The position numbers were made by a program, and so were the translations under genes. Under the pieces are notes generated by a model. The model did not search any database. It was not told the DNA's origin and saw nothing but the letters and a program-made list of their open reading frames with translations. DNA of 64,000 nt from Clostridia bacterium (GTDB lineage Bacteria > Bacillota > Clostridia > Christensenellales > Borkfalkiaceae): positions 28,445 through 92,444 of the forward strand of contig CAAFMS010000013.1 in assembly GCA_900764105.1 (NCBI GenBank), given 5' to 3'. How positions within the stretch are numbered: the first letter of the stretch is position 1; every line of letters begins with the position of its first letter. Shown here one piece after another: positions 9,514 through 18,652 of the stretch.

Positions 9514-11037
9514 ATATATATGGAAAGCAAAACGGCGGATAAAAACAGAATATATTGCGCCATAGACCTGAAGTCTTTTTTCGCTTCGGTCGAATGCGTC
9601 GAAAGAGGTCTCGACCCATTGGGGGTAAACCTCGTCGTTGCGGATTCGTCGAGAACGGAAAAGACTATTTGCCTTGCGGTTTCGCCCTCTTTAAAGGCTT
9701 ACGGAATCCCGGGCAGGGCGAGGCTTTTCGAGGTTGTTCAGAAAGTCAGAGAAGTAAACCGCAAAAGACTTCCCGAGACGGACGGCGGAAAATTTATCGG
9801 CAAGTCCTACGTCGACGCCGAATTAAAAGCCGACAAAAATCTCGAACTTTCCTATATAGTCGCCCCGCCGCAAATGGCGAAATACGTCGCTATGAGCGTC
9901 AAAATCTACGATATTTACAAGCGTTTCGTGTCGTCGGACGATATTATAGTCTATTCTATCGACGAAGTTTTCATCGATATTACCGACTATCTTAAAATAT
10001 ATAAACTCACCCCTAGAGAACTCGTTATGAAAATGATTCTCGAAGTTTTAAAAGAGACGGGAATTACAGCGACGGCTGGGATCGGTACGAATTTATACCT
10101 TGCGAAAATCGCAATGGACATAGTGGCGAAGCATATCGACGCGGACGAAAACGGCGTCAGAATAGCCGAACTCGACGAAAGGGGCTATCGCGAAAAACTG
10201 TGGGAACATAAGCCGATAACAGACTTTTGGAGAGTGGGGGCGGGATATGCCAAACGCCTTAACGAGCAGGGGCTTCATACCATGGGCGATATCGCTCGTT
10301 GCTCGATAGGAAAGCCGTCCGACTATTACAACGAGGAACTTTTATACAAAATTTTCGGAATAAACGCAGAACTGCTTATCGACCACGCTTGGGGAGAGGA
10401 GCCTTGCAGGGTGTCGGACGTTAAAAAATACCGTCCGTCGGCGAACAGCATTTCGTCGGGGCAGGTACTTGCCGAGCCGTATACTCACGAAAAGGCGTTG
10501 CTTATCGTCAAGGAAATGGCAGACTTTTTATCGGTGGAAATGGTCGAGAAACGGCTTGTCGCCGATAAAATATCTCTTGCAATATGCTACGACGTCGAGA
10601 ACGTGAAAGGCGGCGATTATTTGGGCGAAACGAAAATCGACAGATACGGCAGAGTAATTCCGAAAGAAGCGACGGGGTCGGCGAACTTGGGCAGATTTAC
10701 TTCGCAGACTACCGTTTTTATCTCGGAATTTGCGAAACTGTTTGAAAAAATCACGGATAAGGATTTACTTGTGAGGAAAATCGTCGTATGCGCGGCGGAA
10801 GTTCTTACCGAGGACGATCCGAAATTATACGCGGAAAGCGAGCAGTTGTCGCTGTTCGACGACGCCGAAAAACGCGAAAAAGAAGCCGAGGAAGAAAAAA
10901 GAGAGAAGAGCCGCCAGCAAGCGGTGGTCGAAATAAGAAAAAAATACGGAAAAAACGCTCTTCTTAAAGGAATGAATTATGAACAGGGCGCGACGGGCAA
11001 ACAGAGAAACAAGCAGATCGGAGGACATAAAGCGTGA
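9505..11037 (+). CDS. Y-family (DinB/UmuC/UvrX-like) translesion DNA polymerase.
   Basis: N-terminal IYCAIDLKSFFASVE catalytic motif and palm/finger/little-finger organisation, with a charged C-terminal tail. The real start may be the second Met at 9520. Confidence 0.8.
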   Translation: MYNIYMESKTADKNRIYCAIDLKSFFASVECVERGLDPLGVNLVVADSSRTEKTICLAVSPSLKAYGIPGRARLFEVVQKVREVNRKRLPETDGGKFIGKSYVDAELKADKNLELSYIVAPPQMAKYVAMSVKIYDIYKRFVSSDDIIVYSIDEVFIDITDYLKIYKLTPRELVMKMILEVLKETGITATAGIGTNLYLAKIAMDIVAKHIDADENGVRIAELDERGYREKLWEHKPITDFWRVGAGYAKRLNEQGLHTMGDIARCSIGKPSDYYNEELLYKIFGINAELLIDHAWGEEPCRVSDVKKYRPSANSISSGQVLAEPYTHEKALLIVKEMADFLSVEMVEKRLVADKISLAICYDVENVKGGDYLGETKIDRYGRVIPKEATGSANLGRFTSQTTVFISEFAKLFEKITDKDLLVRKIVVCAAEVLTEDDPKLYAESEQLSLFDDAEKREKEAEEEKREKSRQQAVVEIRKKYGKNALLKGMNYEQGATGKQRNKQIGGHKA

Positions 11038-11450
11038 GCGGAAAGTACGACGATATTATAAATTGCGAACGCCCGAAAAGCGGCAGGCAGAAAATGTCCT
11101 TAAACGATCGGGCGGCTCAGTTTTCGCCGTTCGCCGCGCTGACGGGTTTCGAGGACGAAATCGACGAGACGAACAGGCAGACCGAAGAAATGCCCGAGTA
11201 TTCGGAGGACGTTCAGCAGGAGATTGATAGGGTTTTATGCGAGGCGGAAGCAGAAATCGAAAGGGATAGAGACGCCGTTTTAGAGGTTGAATATTTTATA
11301 CCCGACAAGAAGAAGTCGGGCGGCAGGATAGTCGTAAAGACGGGCTGCGTTAAGAAAATCGACAGGCAAAACGGGAAAATAGTATTTACCGACGGCGAAT
11401 TTATAAGTTTTCGTCATTTGCTCGCTTGCCGCGGAATTAAAAAGAAGTAA
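11034..11450 (+). CDS. YolD-like protein (UmuD-analogous partner of Firmicute Y-family polymerases).
   Basis: Matches the YolD pattern: QFSPFAALTG, an acidic spacer, QEIDRVLCEA, VEVEYF and GKIVFTDGEFISF. GTG start overlaps the polymerase stop. Confidence 0.65.
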   Translation: MSGKYDDIINCERPKSGRQKMSLNDRAAQFSPFAALTGFEDEIDETNRQTEEMPEYSEDVQQEIDRVLCEAEAEIERDRDAVLEVEYFIPDKKKSGGRIVVKTGCVKKIDRQNGKIVFTDGEFISFRHLLACRGIKKK

Positions 11451-11497
11451 CGGAAATACGGGGCAATGAAAGCGGCGATATAGTATAAAGCGTTTTT

Positions 11498-11673
11498 CGG
11501 GACGTCGGGGCGCCGTCCCCTACGATTGTCGAAATAAAGTGTTTCTATTGATTATTTCCGACATATATTCAATCTTGATAAAATTGCCGACGATGAAAAT
11601 ACGAATAAAAGCAGGCTTTTTATTCAATCCGATGGTTGAGTTTTGCCGTAGGGGACGGCGCCCCGACATCCCG
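11498..11673. mobile_element. MITE-like repeat, family A copy A2.
   Basis: cgggacgtcggggcgccgtcccctacg at 11498-11524 and its reverse complement at 11647-11673, flanking an AT-rich core. Confidence 0.6.
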
Positions 11674-11696
11674 AAAAAAGCCTCTCATATATTTGC

Positions 11697-11890
11697 ATTT
11701 ATCCCCTATCGTCAAAATTTCGCTTACGCTCCATTTTGCCACTTCCCCCGAAGGAGGAAGCGACAAAGCGAGCGCTTCATATTGTAATACGTTATTTATG
11801 GTAAACACATAGAATTATTGCAAATCTAAGAGTTTAATTTCTGCTTCCTCCTTCGGGGGAAGTGGCGGCGTAGCCGACGATAGGGGATAA
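11697..11890. mobile_element. Family B hairpin repeat (rearranged copy B1), directly abutting A2.
   Basis: Contains ttatcccctatcg...gccacttcccccgaaggaggaagcg and, after about 75 bp, cttcctccttcgggggaagtggc...gataggggataaaa. Confidence 0.5.
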
Positions 11891-11928
11891 AAACGATTGA
11901 AAATGCGATTGGCTATTTATGTTTATTT

Positions 11929-12864
11929 TTATTCTCCGTTCGTCGTGAGAGATACGCCGTCTATCAGCCGTCCGTGGAAAGATAATTTAGCATATTCCGC
12001 TTTGTCGCCGTATAAAAGAAGTATCTCGTCGTCCGACCTGTGACACGGCGGCGGCAGAGCCGCCGAGAAATCCCCGAAAAAACCCCTGAGTTCGGCGGAT
12101 CTCGGGCGAAGCGACGGGGCGAGGAAATCGGCTACGTTCTTGCCGAGTTGCAATTCTTCGAAAAATGCGTACGGAAGCAGACAGTCGGGGACGGAGAATA
12201 ACTCTCTGCCCCTTTTTATTTCGGCTTTTCTGATTTTCACGCTTTCGCCGAATTGCCAATATGAAGTTACGACGTGATGAAGAGCGTCGTTTTTTAATTC
12301 CGTAATTACGACTTCGTCGCCTTTCGCCGAGTATTCGTCGCATTCCCGACGTAAAACCGTCTCGATTTTCTTTCCGAGTTTAAAGCCTGTCGCTATCGTT
12401 TTTTTCCCGGTCAGAAACACGAGCAGATAATTGTTTCCGTATACGCAGGCTTTTTCGATTTCTGCGGAAGTCGGTTTAAAGGCTATCCCTTCCGTCTTTT
12501 TATCTCCGTTTGCCGTCACCGATATTTTGACTCCGTTTTCTATGTAAACCGAAACTTCCGCAATGAAATCTGGGTACTCGACTTGCTTGAAAAATATCGA
12601 CTCATACTCGGATACGATTTGTCTTTTAAAGTTCGGAATAATCAAAAAAGCCCCGTATAAGTCGATTATCGAAGCGTTTTCCCATTTATCGACTGTTTTT
12701 TCATTCCACTGTAAACACACGGGAACGTAGTTTGCGGAAAAGGGTATAAATTCGATAAGCCCTTTTTCGGACGGTATAATCGAGTAATTTTCCGAGGCTT
12801 TTCCTATATATCTCCCGTTGAATTTTACCGCGCACGGTACCGAAGATAAAAAATATAGATACAT
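11929..12864 (-). CDS. Hypothetical protein, 311 aa.
   Basis: Long ORF with no recognisable motif. Confidence 0.5.
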   Translation of the reverse strand: MYLYFLSSVPCAVKFNGRYIGKASENYSIIPSEKGLIEFIPFSANYVPVCLQWNEKTVDKWENASIIDLYGAFLIIPNFKRQIVSEYESIFFKQVEYPDFIAEVSVYIENGVKISVTANGDKKTEGIAFKPTSAEIEKACVYGNNYLLVFLTGKKTIATGFKLGKKIETVLRRECDEYSAKGDEVVITELKNDALHHVVTSYWQFGESVKIRKAEIKRGRELFSVPDCLLPYAFFEELQLGKNVADFLAPSLRPRSAELRGFFGDFSAALPPPCHRSDDEILLLYGDKAEYAKLSFHGRLIDGVSLTTNGE

Positions 12865-12974
12865 TTCAGAGTTTCTCCGTTAAATTATACTCGAAATTTC
12901 TCGCGAATATGTATTTTAATCGTTTTCGTTGTCAATAATTTTCACGTCAAATAAACGATGAGACGGAGGAACTT

Positions 12975-13574
12975 ATGAGCAAAATCAAAGAAAGCGAACT
13001 AAAAAGGTTATTTTCGGAAGCGGAAAAGGCTAAAAAATCGGGAACGAGTCTCGGAAAGGTGTTCGAGACGATTGCCTCCGAAACGGGCAGGGCGAAGGGT
13101 AGCGTGAGAAACGCCTATTATTCTACCTTAAAAAAATCGCAGTCGGACGAGATACTGAAAAAGAACGTTTTAGGAAATAAAACGCTTACCGTTACCCCTA
13201 TAATATGCTTTAATGATAACGAAACGGATAAAATTATCCGCGAAATACTGTCGGGAGCGACTTTAGGTAAGTCTGTAAGGCGTATGACGAGAGAAATGGC
13301 GAAAGACGAAAGGGAAGCGTTGCGGTTTCAGAATAAGTACCGAAACGCTTTAAGGTGCGACCGCCCGAGAGTGGAACGGATAAGAAGCGAACTTAAAAAC
13401 GAGGTCGGAAGATGTTATGACCCCTACGAGAAAAAGAGGGGTAAAGACTTGCTTTTAGAAAAGTTAAAAGCCGAGATAAACGCCTTATACGAGAGGATAG
13501 CGCAAAAAGCGAGAGACGAAAACCGACTTTTAAAAGAGGAGTTGAGGCGATGCCGCGAAGAGTTGAGTAAGTAG
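12975..13574 (+). CDS. Hypothetical charged, coiled-coil-rich protein, 199 aa.
   Basis: ORF preceded by gagacggagg; K/E/R-rich, with no recognisable domain. Confidence 0.45.
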   Translation: MSKIKESELKRLFSEAEKAKKSGTSLGKVFETIASETGRAKGSVRNAYYSTLKKSQSDEILKKNVLGNKTLTVTPIICFNDNETDKIIREILSGATLGKSVRRMTREMAKDEREALRFQNKYRNALRCDRPRVERIRSELKNEVGRCYDPYEKKRGKDLLLEKLKAEINALYERIAQKARDENRLLKEELRRCREELSK

Positions 13575-13857
13575 CCGAGCGAGATTCGAACCCCATCAAG
13601 CCTTAAAGCCGTCTTTTTTGCATATTTTTGCAAATTCTCGCTCGATGTATTGATATACACCTTCGTTCGCCTTTACAACAATCTGCTAAAAAATACGGCT
13701 TTAAGGTGTTACGCATTTTAACGGCGATAAATTTAGGAAAATCAAGGCAAACGAACGCCGTCATACTTGCCGTATTACAAGAGAGTTTAACGCCGATTTT
13801 ACAAATTTCGCGCCGTTAAAACTTAATGGAGTTTGAATCTCGCTCGGCTATGGCGGC
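13573..13857. repeat. Long-stem inverted repeat, a candidate structured ncRNA or another small mobile element.
   Basis: tagccgagcgagattcgaacccca (13573-13597) pairs with ggagtttgaatctcgctcggcta (13833-13857). A nested second stem ccttaaagccgt (13609-13620) pairs with acggctttaagg (13696-13707). The outer arms contain a TTCGAA(T) T-loop-like motif. Confidence 0.4.
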
Positions 13858-13964
13858 GATTGCCAAAACGCCGAAAATATTTCGAAAGCGGAAAAGTTTT
13901 TCGCAGTTTCCGCGGCGGACGATAAAAAAATATAACTAATATATAAAAATTGCCGAATTTGAAT

Positions 13965-13998
13965 TGACAAAATCTCCCGAATTGTATAAAATGTATAT
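13965..13998 (+). promoter_or_regulatory. Sigma-A promoter for the surface-protein gene.
   Basis: ttgaca, 17 nt, then tgtataaaat (extended -10). Confidence 0.5.
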
Positions 13999-14083
13999 GT
14001 TTATTTTTATACTCTGTCTTTGTCTGCGGGTAAGTCTGCGGTCGGAAGAGTATAGGCACTACTAAAATTTGGGAGCAATTATC

Positions 14084-15760
14084 ATGAAGAACAGAAAGTT
14101 TTTAGGCGTATTCTCTTTTCTTTTGAGCGTATGTCTTTTGTTCGCGACTTTGCCGTTTGTTTCCGCAAGCGCAGACGAAACGACCGTCGAGCCGACGAAA
14201 GTCAACGTTTACGAGGCTGAATCGTGCAAAATCGGGAGACTCGATCTCGGCGACGTTAAAGTCAAAGTCGGCGAAAATTCGCTTATTTCCGAGGGCTTGA
14301 CAGTTAAGAAAGGCGGAACCGAAGTTAAAGTTTACGTTGACGGAACGATAAATACGGAAACCGACAAATGTTGGGTCGCGGTATCGGGAAGCGACAGCGA
14401 TACCGAAAGAAAGGTTACTTCTATAAAGTTCGATACGTTAAAGGACAGCGAGGATAAAGCCGTTTATACCGTTTCGGCGAACGGCAAAACCGCAGAAGTT
14501 ACGGTATACGACAAAGAGCAGAAAACAGCGGACAAGATTCTCGTAGAGAAAACCGACGTCGCGCTCGACGCCTCGAAAATTAAAATCGACGCCGAGAAGA
14601 AGAGAGTTACGCTTGAGAAAGACGAGATATGGAAAATACTCGACGAGACTTCCGTAATTCGCGACGCGGACGATTTGTCGGCGAGAATTTATCTCAGAAC
14701 CCCCGGCGGTTCGTGGCCGTCTTCCGCGACCAAGACTTTGTCGGGTTCTTCGAGCGACGTCGAACTTACCGTTTCGTCTCGCGGAGATTATCATTTCTAC
14801 GTTCTTTTCACCGATAACAAAGGCAATACCACCGAAAAGAACGACAAACTCGTAGAGAAAGTAGACGGCTTCTATAAGGTCGAAGGCGAAGGCGAGGCTA
14901 AAACGGAAACGAAAGTAATTCCGATTTTCTCGTTTGCTTACACGCCCGACGAAACCGTTAAAGTTAAATGTTCCAATACCGACAAGGTTAAGAAAGGTTA
15001 CGAAGGGCAGATTCAGAAGTCTGTAACCTACACTTTGGAAAACGCTACCGATAAAGACGTTGAATTCGTCCTTATGTTTAAGGCGGAAAATTCGACCGAG
15101 TGGAAAAAAGCGGTAAGCGGAAAGGACGCAAAATTCGACGAGAGCAAATTCACGAAGTCTTCGCTTGAATTCACGCCGCTTAAAAAAGGCGAGTATTCGT
15201 TCAGGGTAAACGCGGAAGGTATGGCCGACCCCGCCTTGAAAGAGGGAGCGGACGGCAACGTGGTAATTCGCGTTACCGACAGCGTAACCATAGTTAAACG
15301 TGAAAACACGGCGCTTATCGATTTTGCCAAGAGCAACTGGAAATCGCTTATATTCCTCGGAATCGCGGTTCTTTGCCTTATAGCGATAATCGTTATAGCG
15401 TGCTGGAAACCGAAGGATAAGACGGCTGTCAGAAGACAGATCGAGGACTCCGTCGAAAAGGACGGCAAGAAGAACGACAAGGTTTCCGAGACCAAGAATG
15501 CCGAAGACGAGGCGACCGAGGCTGCCGACTTAACGGAAGAAGCGGTTGAGGCGAAAGAAGAGAACGCCGAAGATACGGCCGAAGTCGCTCCCGAGACGGA
15601 AGTAACGGAAGAAGCGAAAGTCGAAGGCGAAACTCCCGTAGAAAACGCGGAAGAAGTCGCAAGCGAAACTCCCGCAGAGAACGCAGAAACTCCCGCAGAA
15701 AGTTCGGAGGCTCCCGTTGAGGCTCCCGCAGAGAACGAAAGCGGAGACAAAGCGGAATAA
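14084..15760 (+). CDS. Secreted, membrane-anchored surface protein with an acidic E/A/T-rich C-terminal tail.
   Basis: Signal peptide MKNRKFLGVFSFLLSVCLLFATLPFVSASA and a C-proximal TM helix LIFLGIAVLCLIAIIVIACW. Followed by repeats of ENAE(T/D)PAE... GGGAG RBS 9 nt upstream of 14084. Confidence 0.6.
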   Translation: MKNRKFLGVFSFLLSVCLLFATLPFVSASADETTVEPTKVNVYEAESCKIGRLDLGDVKVKVGENSLISEGLTVKKGGTEVKVYVDGTINTETDKCWVAVSGSDSDTERKVTSIKFDTLKDSEDKAVYTVSANGKTAEVTVYDKEQKTADKILVEKTDVALDASKIKIDAEKKRVTLEKDEIWKILDETSVIRDADDLSARIYLRTPGGSWPSSATKTLSGSSSDVELTVSSRGDYHFYVLFTDNKGNTTEKNDKLVEKVDGFYKVEGEGEAKTETKVIPIFSFAYTPDETVKVKCSNTDKVKKGYEGQIQKSVTYTLENATDKDVEFVLMFKAENSTEWKKAVSGKDAKFDESKFTKSSLEFTPLKKGEYSFRVNAEGMADPALKEGADGNVVIRVTDSVTIVKRENTALIDFAKSNWKSLIFLGIAVLCLIAIIVIACWKPKDKTAVRRQIEDSVEKDGKKNDKVSETKNAEDEATEAADLTEEAVEAKEENAEDTAEVAPETEVTEEAKVEGETPVENAEEVASETPAENAETPAESSEAPVEAPAENESGDKAE

Positions 15761-15867
15761 AAGAAATCAAACCGTTCGGGTTATCCCGAGCGGTTTTAAA
15801 TTATCCGAAGAATCGCGGATATTTCTGTTTTGCGGCAGAACCTCTATTTTGAGCGTAAGGCAGACAA

Positions 15868-16070
15868 CGCTTCCTCCTTCGGGGGTAATTTCCTCCATTG
15901 AAGCGGAGAAAATATTTCAATATTCGCTTCCTCCTTCGGGGGAAGTGGGTTGACGGAATGAAATGGAAGTCAAGCCGATAGGGGATAAAATAAATGAGCG
16001 TTTGAATTGTCCCCTATCGTCGAAATCTCGCTTACGCTCTATTTTGCCACTTCCCCCGAAGGAGGAAGCG
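15868..16070. mobile_element. Family B hairpin repeat copy B2.
   Basis: Termini cgcttcctccttcgggggaagtgg and ccacttcccccgaaggaggaagcg with internal gataggggataa / ttgtcccctatc sub-palindromes. Confidence 0.6.
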
Positions 16071-16162
16071 AGGGGGTACAGTTGCAAATCTTCCGAATGA
16101 GAAAGCAAAGAAAAATATCTTACTTGACAGAGGTCGGAAAAGGTAAATTCTGTCGAAAACAG

Positions 16163-16191
16163 TTGACTTTAAATCTACAATAATATATAAT
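16163..16191 (+). promoter_or_regulatory. Consensus sigma-A promoter of gap.
   Basis: ttgact, 17 nt, then tataat. Confidence 0.55.
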
Positions 16192-16277
16192 GTATTCGGA
16201 AAATTTCGGACAGGCGGTTATTTATCGCCGCGTTTGAGAAATAATTATTATGATATTTATATCGGAGGACAAATAAA

Positions 16278-17339
16278 ATGGCAAATGTAAAAGTAGCAAT
16301 TAACGGCTTCGGTAGAATCGGACGTCTTGCTTTCAGACAGATGTTCGGCGCTGACGGTTACGACGTAGTCGCAATCAACGACCTTACAAGCCCCAAAATG
16401 CTTGCGCACCTTTTGAAGTACGATACGGCTCAGGGCAGTTACGTCGCTCAGGGACATACCGTAACGTATAAAGATTCCGTACTCGGCGAAGACGGAAAGA
16501 CGGTTGTAGTACCCGGTTCTATCACCGTTGACGGAAAGGAAATCACTATATACGCTTGCCCGAAGGCCGCTGACCTTCCGTGGGGCAAACTCAAAGTAGA
16601 CGTCGTTCTCGAATGTACGGGCTTCTATACTTCCAAAGAGAAGTCTATGGCTCACATTCAGGCAGGCGCGAAGAAAGTCGTTATTTCCGCTCCCGCTGGC
16701 AACGATCTTAAAACTATCGTATTCAACGTAAACAACGATAAACTTACCGCTGAAGATCAGATTATTTCGGCTGCTTCCTGCACCACGAACTGTCTTGCTC
16801 CTATGGCTAAGGCTCTTAACGATACTTATCCCATTCAAAGCGGTATCATGACGACCGTTCACGCTTACACGGGCGACCAGATGATTTTGGACGGACCGCA
16901 CAGAAAGGGCGACCTCAGAAGAGCAAGAGCGGGCGCTATGAACATCGTTCCTAACTCCACGGGCGCGGCAAAAGCAATCGGACTCGTTATCCCCGAACTT
17001 AACGGTAAACTCATCGGTTCTGCTCAGAGAGTTCCCACTTGCACAGGTTCGACCACTATTTTGGTTGCTGTTGTCAAGGGTAAGGATATCACGAAAGACA
17101 GCATCAACGCCGCTATGAAAGCCGCTTCTAACGAATCGTTCGGCTACAACACCGACGAAATCGTTTCTTCGGACGTTATCGGTATGAGATTCGGTTCGCT
17201 CTTCGATGCTACTCAGACTATGGTTGCTAAGATCGACGACGATACTTATCAGGTACAGGTAGTTTCTTGGTACGACAACGAGAACTCTTACACTTCTCAG
17301 ATGGTAAGAACTATCAAATATTTCGCTAACATTAAATAA
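16278..17339 (+). CDS. gap: Type I glyceraldehyde-3-phosphate dehydrogenase.
   Basis: NGFGRIGR Rossmann motif, catalytic [10 protein letters not shown], 353 aa; GGAGGA RBS. Confidence 0.95.
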   Translation: MANVKVAINGFGRIGRLAFRQMFGADGYDVVAINDLTSPKMLAHLLKYDTAQGSYVAQGHTVTYKDSVLGEDGKTVVVPGSITVDGKEITIYACPKAADLPWGKLKVDVVLECTGFYTSKEKSMAHIQAGAKKVVISAPAGNDLKTIVFNVNNDKLTAEDQIISAASCTTNCLAPMAKALNDTYPIQSGIMTTVHAYTGDQMILDGPHRKGDLRRARAGAMNIVPNSTGAAKAIGLVIPELNGKLIGSAQRVPTCTGSTTILVAVVKGKDITKDSINAAMKAASNESFGYNTDEIVSSDVIGMRFGSLFDATQTMVAKIDDDTYQVQVVSWYDNENSYTSQMVRTIKYFANIK

Positions 17340-17354
17340 TTGTTTTAAGAAATA

Positions 17355-17397
17355 TATAAAACCGCCCTCCGCGAGGTTTCCTCGCGGAGGGCGGTTT
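17355..17397 (+). terminator. Rho-independent terminator of gap.
   Basis: aaaaccgccctccgcgagg / cctcgcggagggcggttt hairpin. Confidence 0.7.
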
Positions 17398-17442
17398 GCC
17401 GTTATATTAAGTTGTTAAATGTTTTGTTCGGGCTTTCGGCTT

Positions 17443-17946
17443 TTAAGCCCGCTTTTCGGTTCCGTCGGCGTTGTCCGTATCGTCTGCCTTGTCGGTATCG
17501 CTTACTTCGCGGTCTCCGCCTCGCAGGCTGTCGGATAAGTCGCCGCTTCGCGAGACCTCTTCGGTATCGTAGCCGTTTTTACCGTCGATTTCGTTTTTGC
17601 CGTTAATGCCGTCGTTGTCGTTGGCGTTTTCGGCGTCGTCGGTATTGCTGCCGATGTTGCCGTCGTCTTTATTGTAGTCCTTTTTATAAGGCAAACGAAT
17701 AAGATACGACGCGCCCAAGATGCTTGCGCTTTTTTCTATCAGAAACGCCGCGTCTTTTTCGGAAACGGCGATATAGACAGCGTAAAAAACCACCGAGAGT
17801 ACCGACCTTATGACAAAATCGTGTTTTTTTTCGAGCGACGGAAACAATTTGCTTATGACGAGTATCGCCATGCTCACTAAAAGAGCAGGCACAAACACGT
17901 CGATTCCGTAACGTTCCAAAATAGCGTATAAGTTGATATTTTCCAT
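17443..17946 (-). CDS. Membrane protein with a D/N/G-rich disordered C-terminal tail.
   Basis: Two predicted TM helices, then a low-complexity acidic region, 167 aa. Hairpin cgggctttcggcttttaagcccg just 3' of the stop. Confidence 0.5.
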   Translation of the reverse strand: MENINLYAILERYGIDVFVPALLVSMAILVISKLFPSLEKKHDFVIRSVLSVVFYAVYIAVSEKDAAFLIEKSASILGASYLIRLPYKKDYNKDDGNIGSNTDDAENANDNDGINGKNEIDGKNGYDTEEVSRSGDLSDSLRGGDREVSDTDKADDTDNADGTEKRA

Positions 17947-18468
17947 TTTCCACCGCCTTTTGACCGAGCGATAAAAGTCGCTTTTCGGCGGTTAGCCAGA
18001 GGTGATTGCGTCCGAACTCGGTCTTGCTTTGCGTTTTGGCGGGTTCAACACAATCGCCTGTGGCTTAGCCGCGTTAAATCAATCTTGGTCAGAAACTTCG
18101 ACGGAATATAACGCGGGAAATGCGTTTTCGGGAAGTTCGGGCGCGGAGCGTTGCGAAACGTCGTTGATAATTTTTCGCAAGTAATATTTTTCCGTAAATT
18201 CATCACCGCCTTTGGTCTATTTTTATCAGACGCGCGGTAATTATAACGCGGAATATTCAAAAATCAATACGCTTGTGAACGATTTTTCCTAAGTTTTTAA
18301 TCGGGCGTTTGACAGCCTGAACTTGCTTTTTTGTTTAGCATTATTGTAAAATACCGATTGTTTTCTTCTTTTAGAGGTTCTAAGTCGAATCACTCGCTTT
18401 TTTCTTCGGAAAAGTTAAAACTATATCCCCTTGCTACTTTTTTCGGGAGAATTGAAACGTTATTCCTT

Positions 18469-18614
18469 CGCTTCCTCCTTCGGGGGAAGTGGCAAAATCG
18501 AGCGTAGGCGAAATTTTGACGATAGGGGATAATTTAAAGGCTCGTTTATTCTATCCCCTATCGGTTTGACTTCCATTTTATTCCGTCAAACCACTTCCCC
18601 CGAAGGAGGAAGCG
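18469..18614. mobile_element. Family B hairpin repeat copy B3 (opposite orientation to B2).
   Basis: cgcttcctccttcgggggaagtggcaaaatcgagcgtaggcgaaattttgacgataggggataa ... tatcccctatcggtttgacttccattttattccgtcaaaccacttcccccgaaggaggaagcg. Confidence 0.65.
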
Positions 18615-18652
18615 AACGTTGTGATACTCTCCTTGCTCAGACGTCAATTTTA

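Noticed and set aside
13573-13598. tRNA-like TTCGAATC T-loop motif suggesting a tRNA or tmRNA gene
   Set aside because: No acceptor or anticodon stems could be built. The motif is duplicated in inverted orientation 260 bp away as part of a long stem. It is therefore reported as an inverted-repeat element instead.
15028-15770. Antisense ORFs (240 aa and 113 aa) inside the surface-protein gene
   Set aside because: These are low-complexity S/A/T-rich and R/L-rich translations of the opposite strand of an acidic repeat region, a typical artefact.
16257-16901. 214-aa minus-strand ORF overlapping gap
   Set aside because: It is antisense to a near-certain, highly conserved GAPDH gene.
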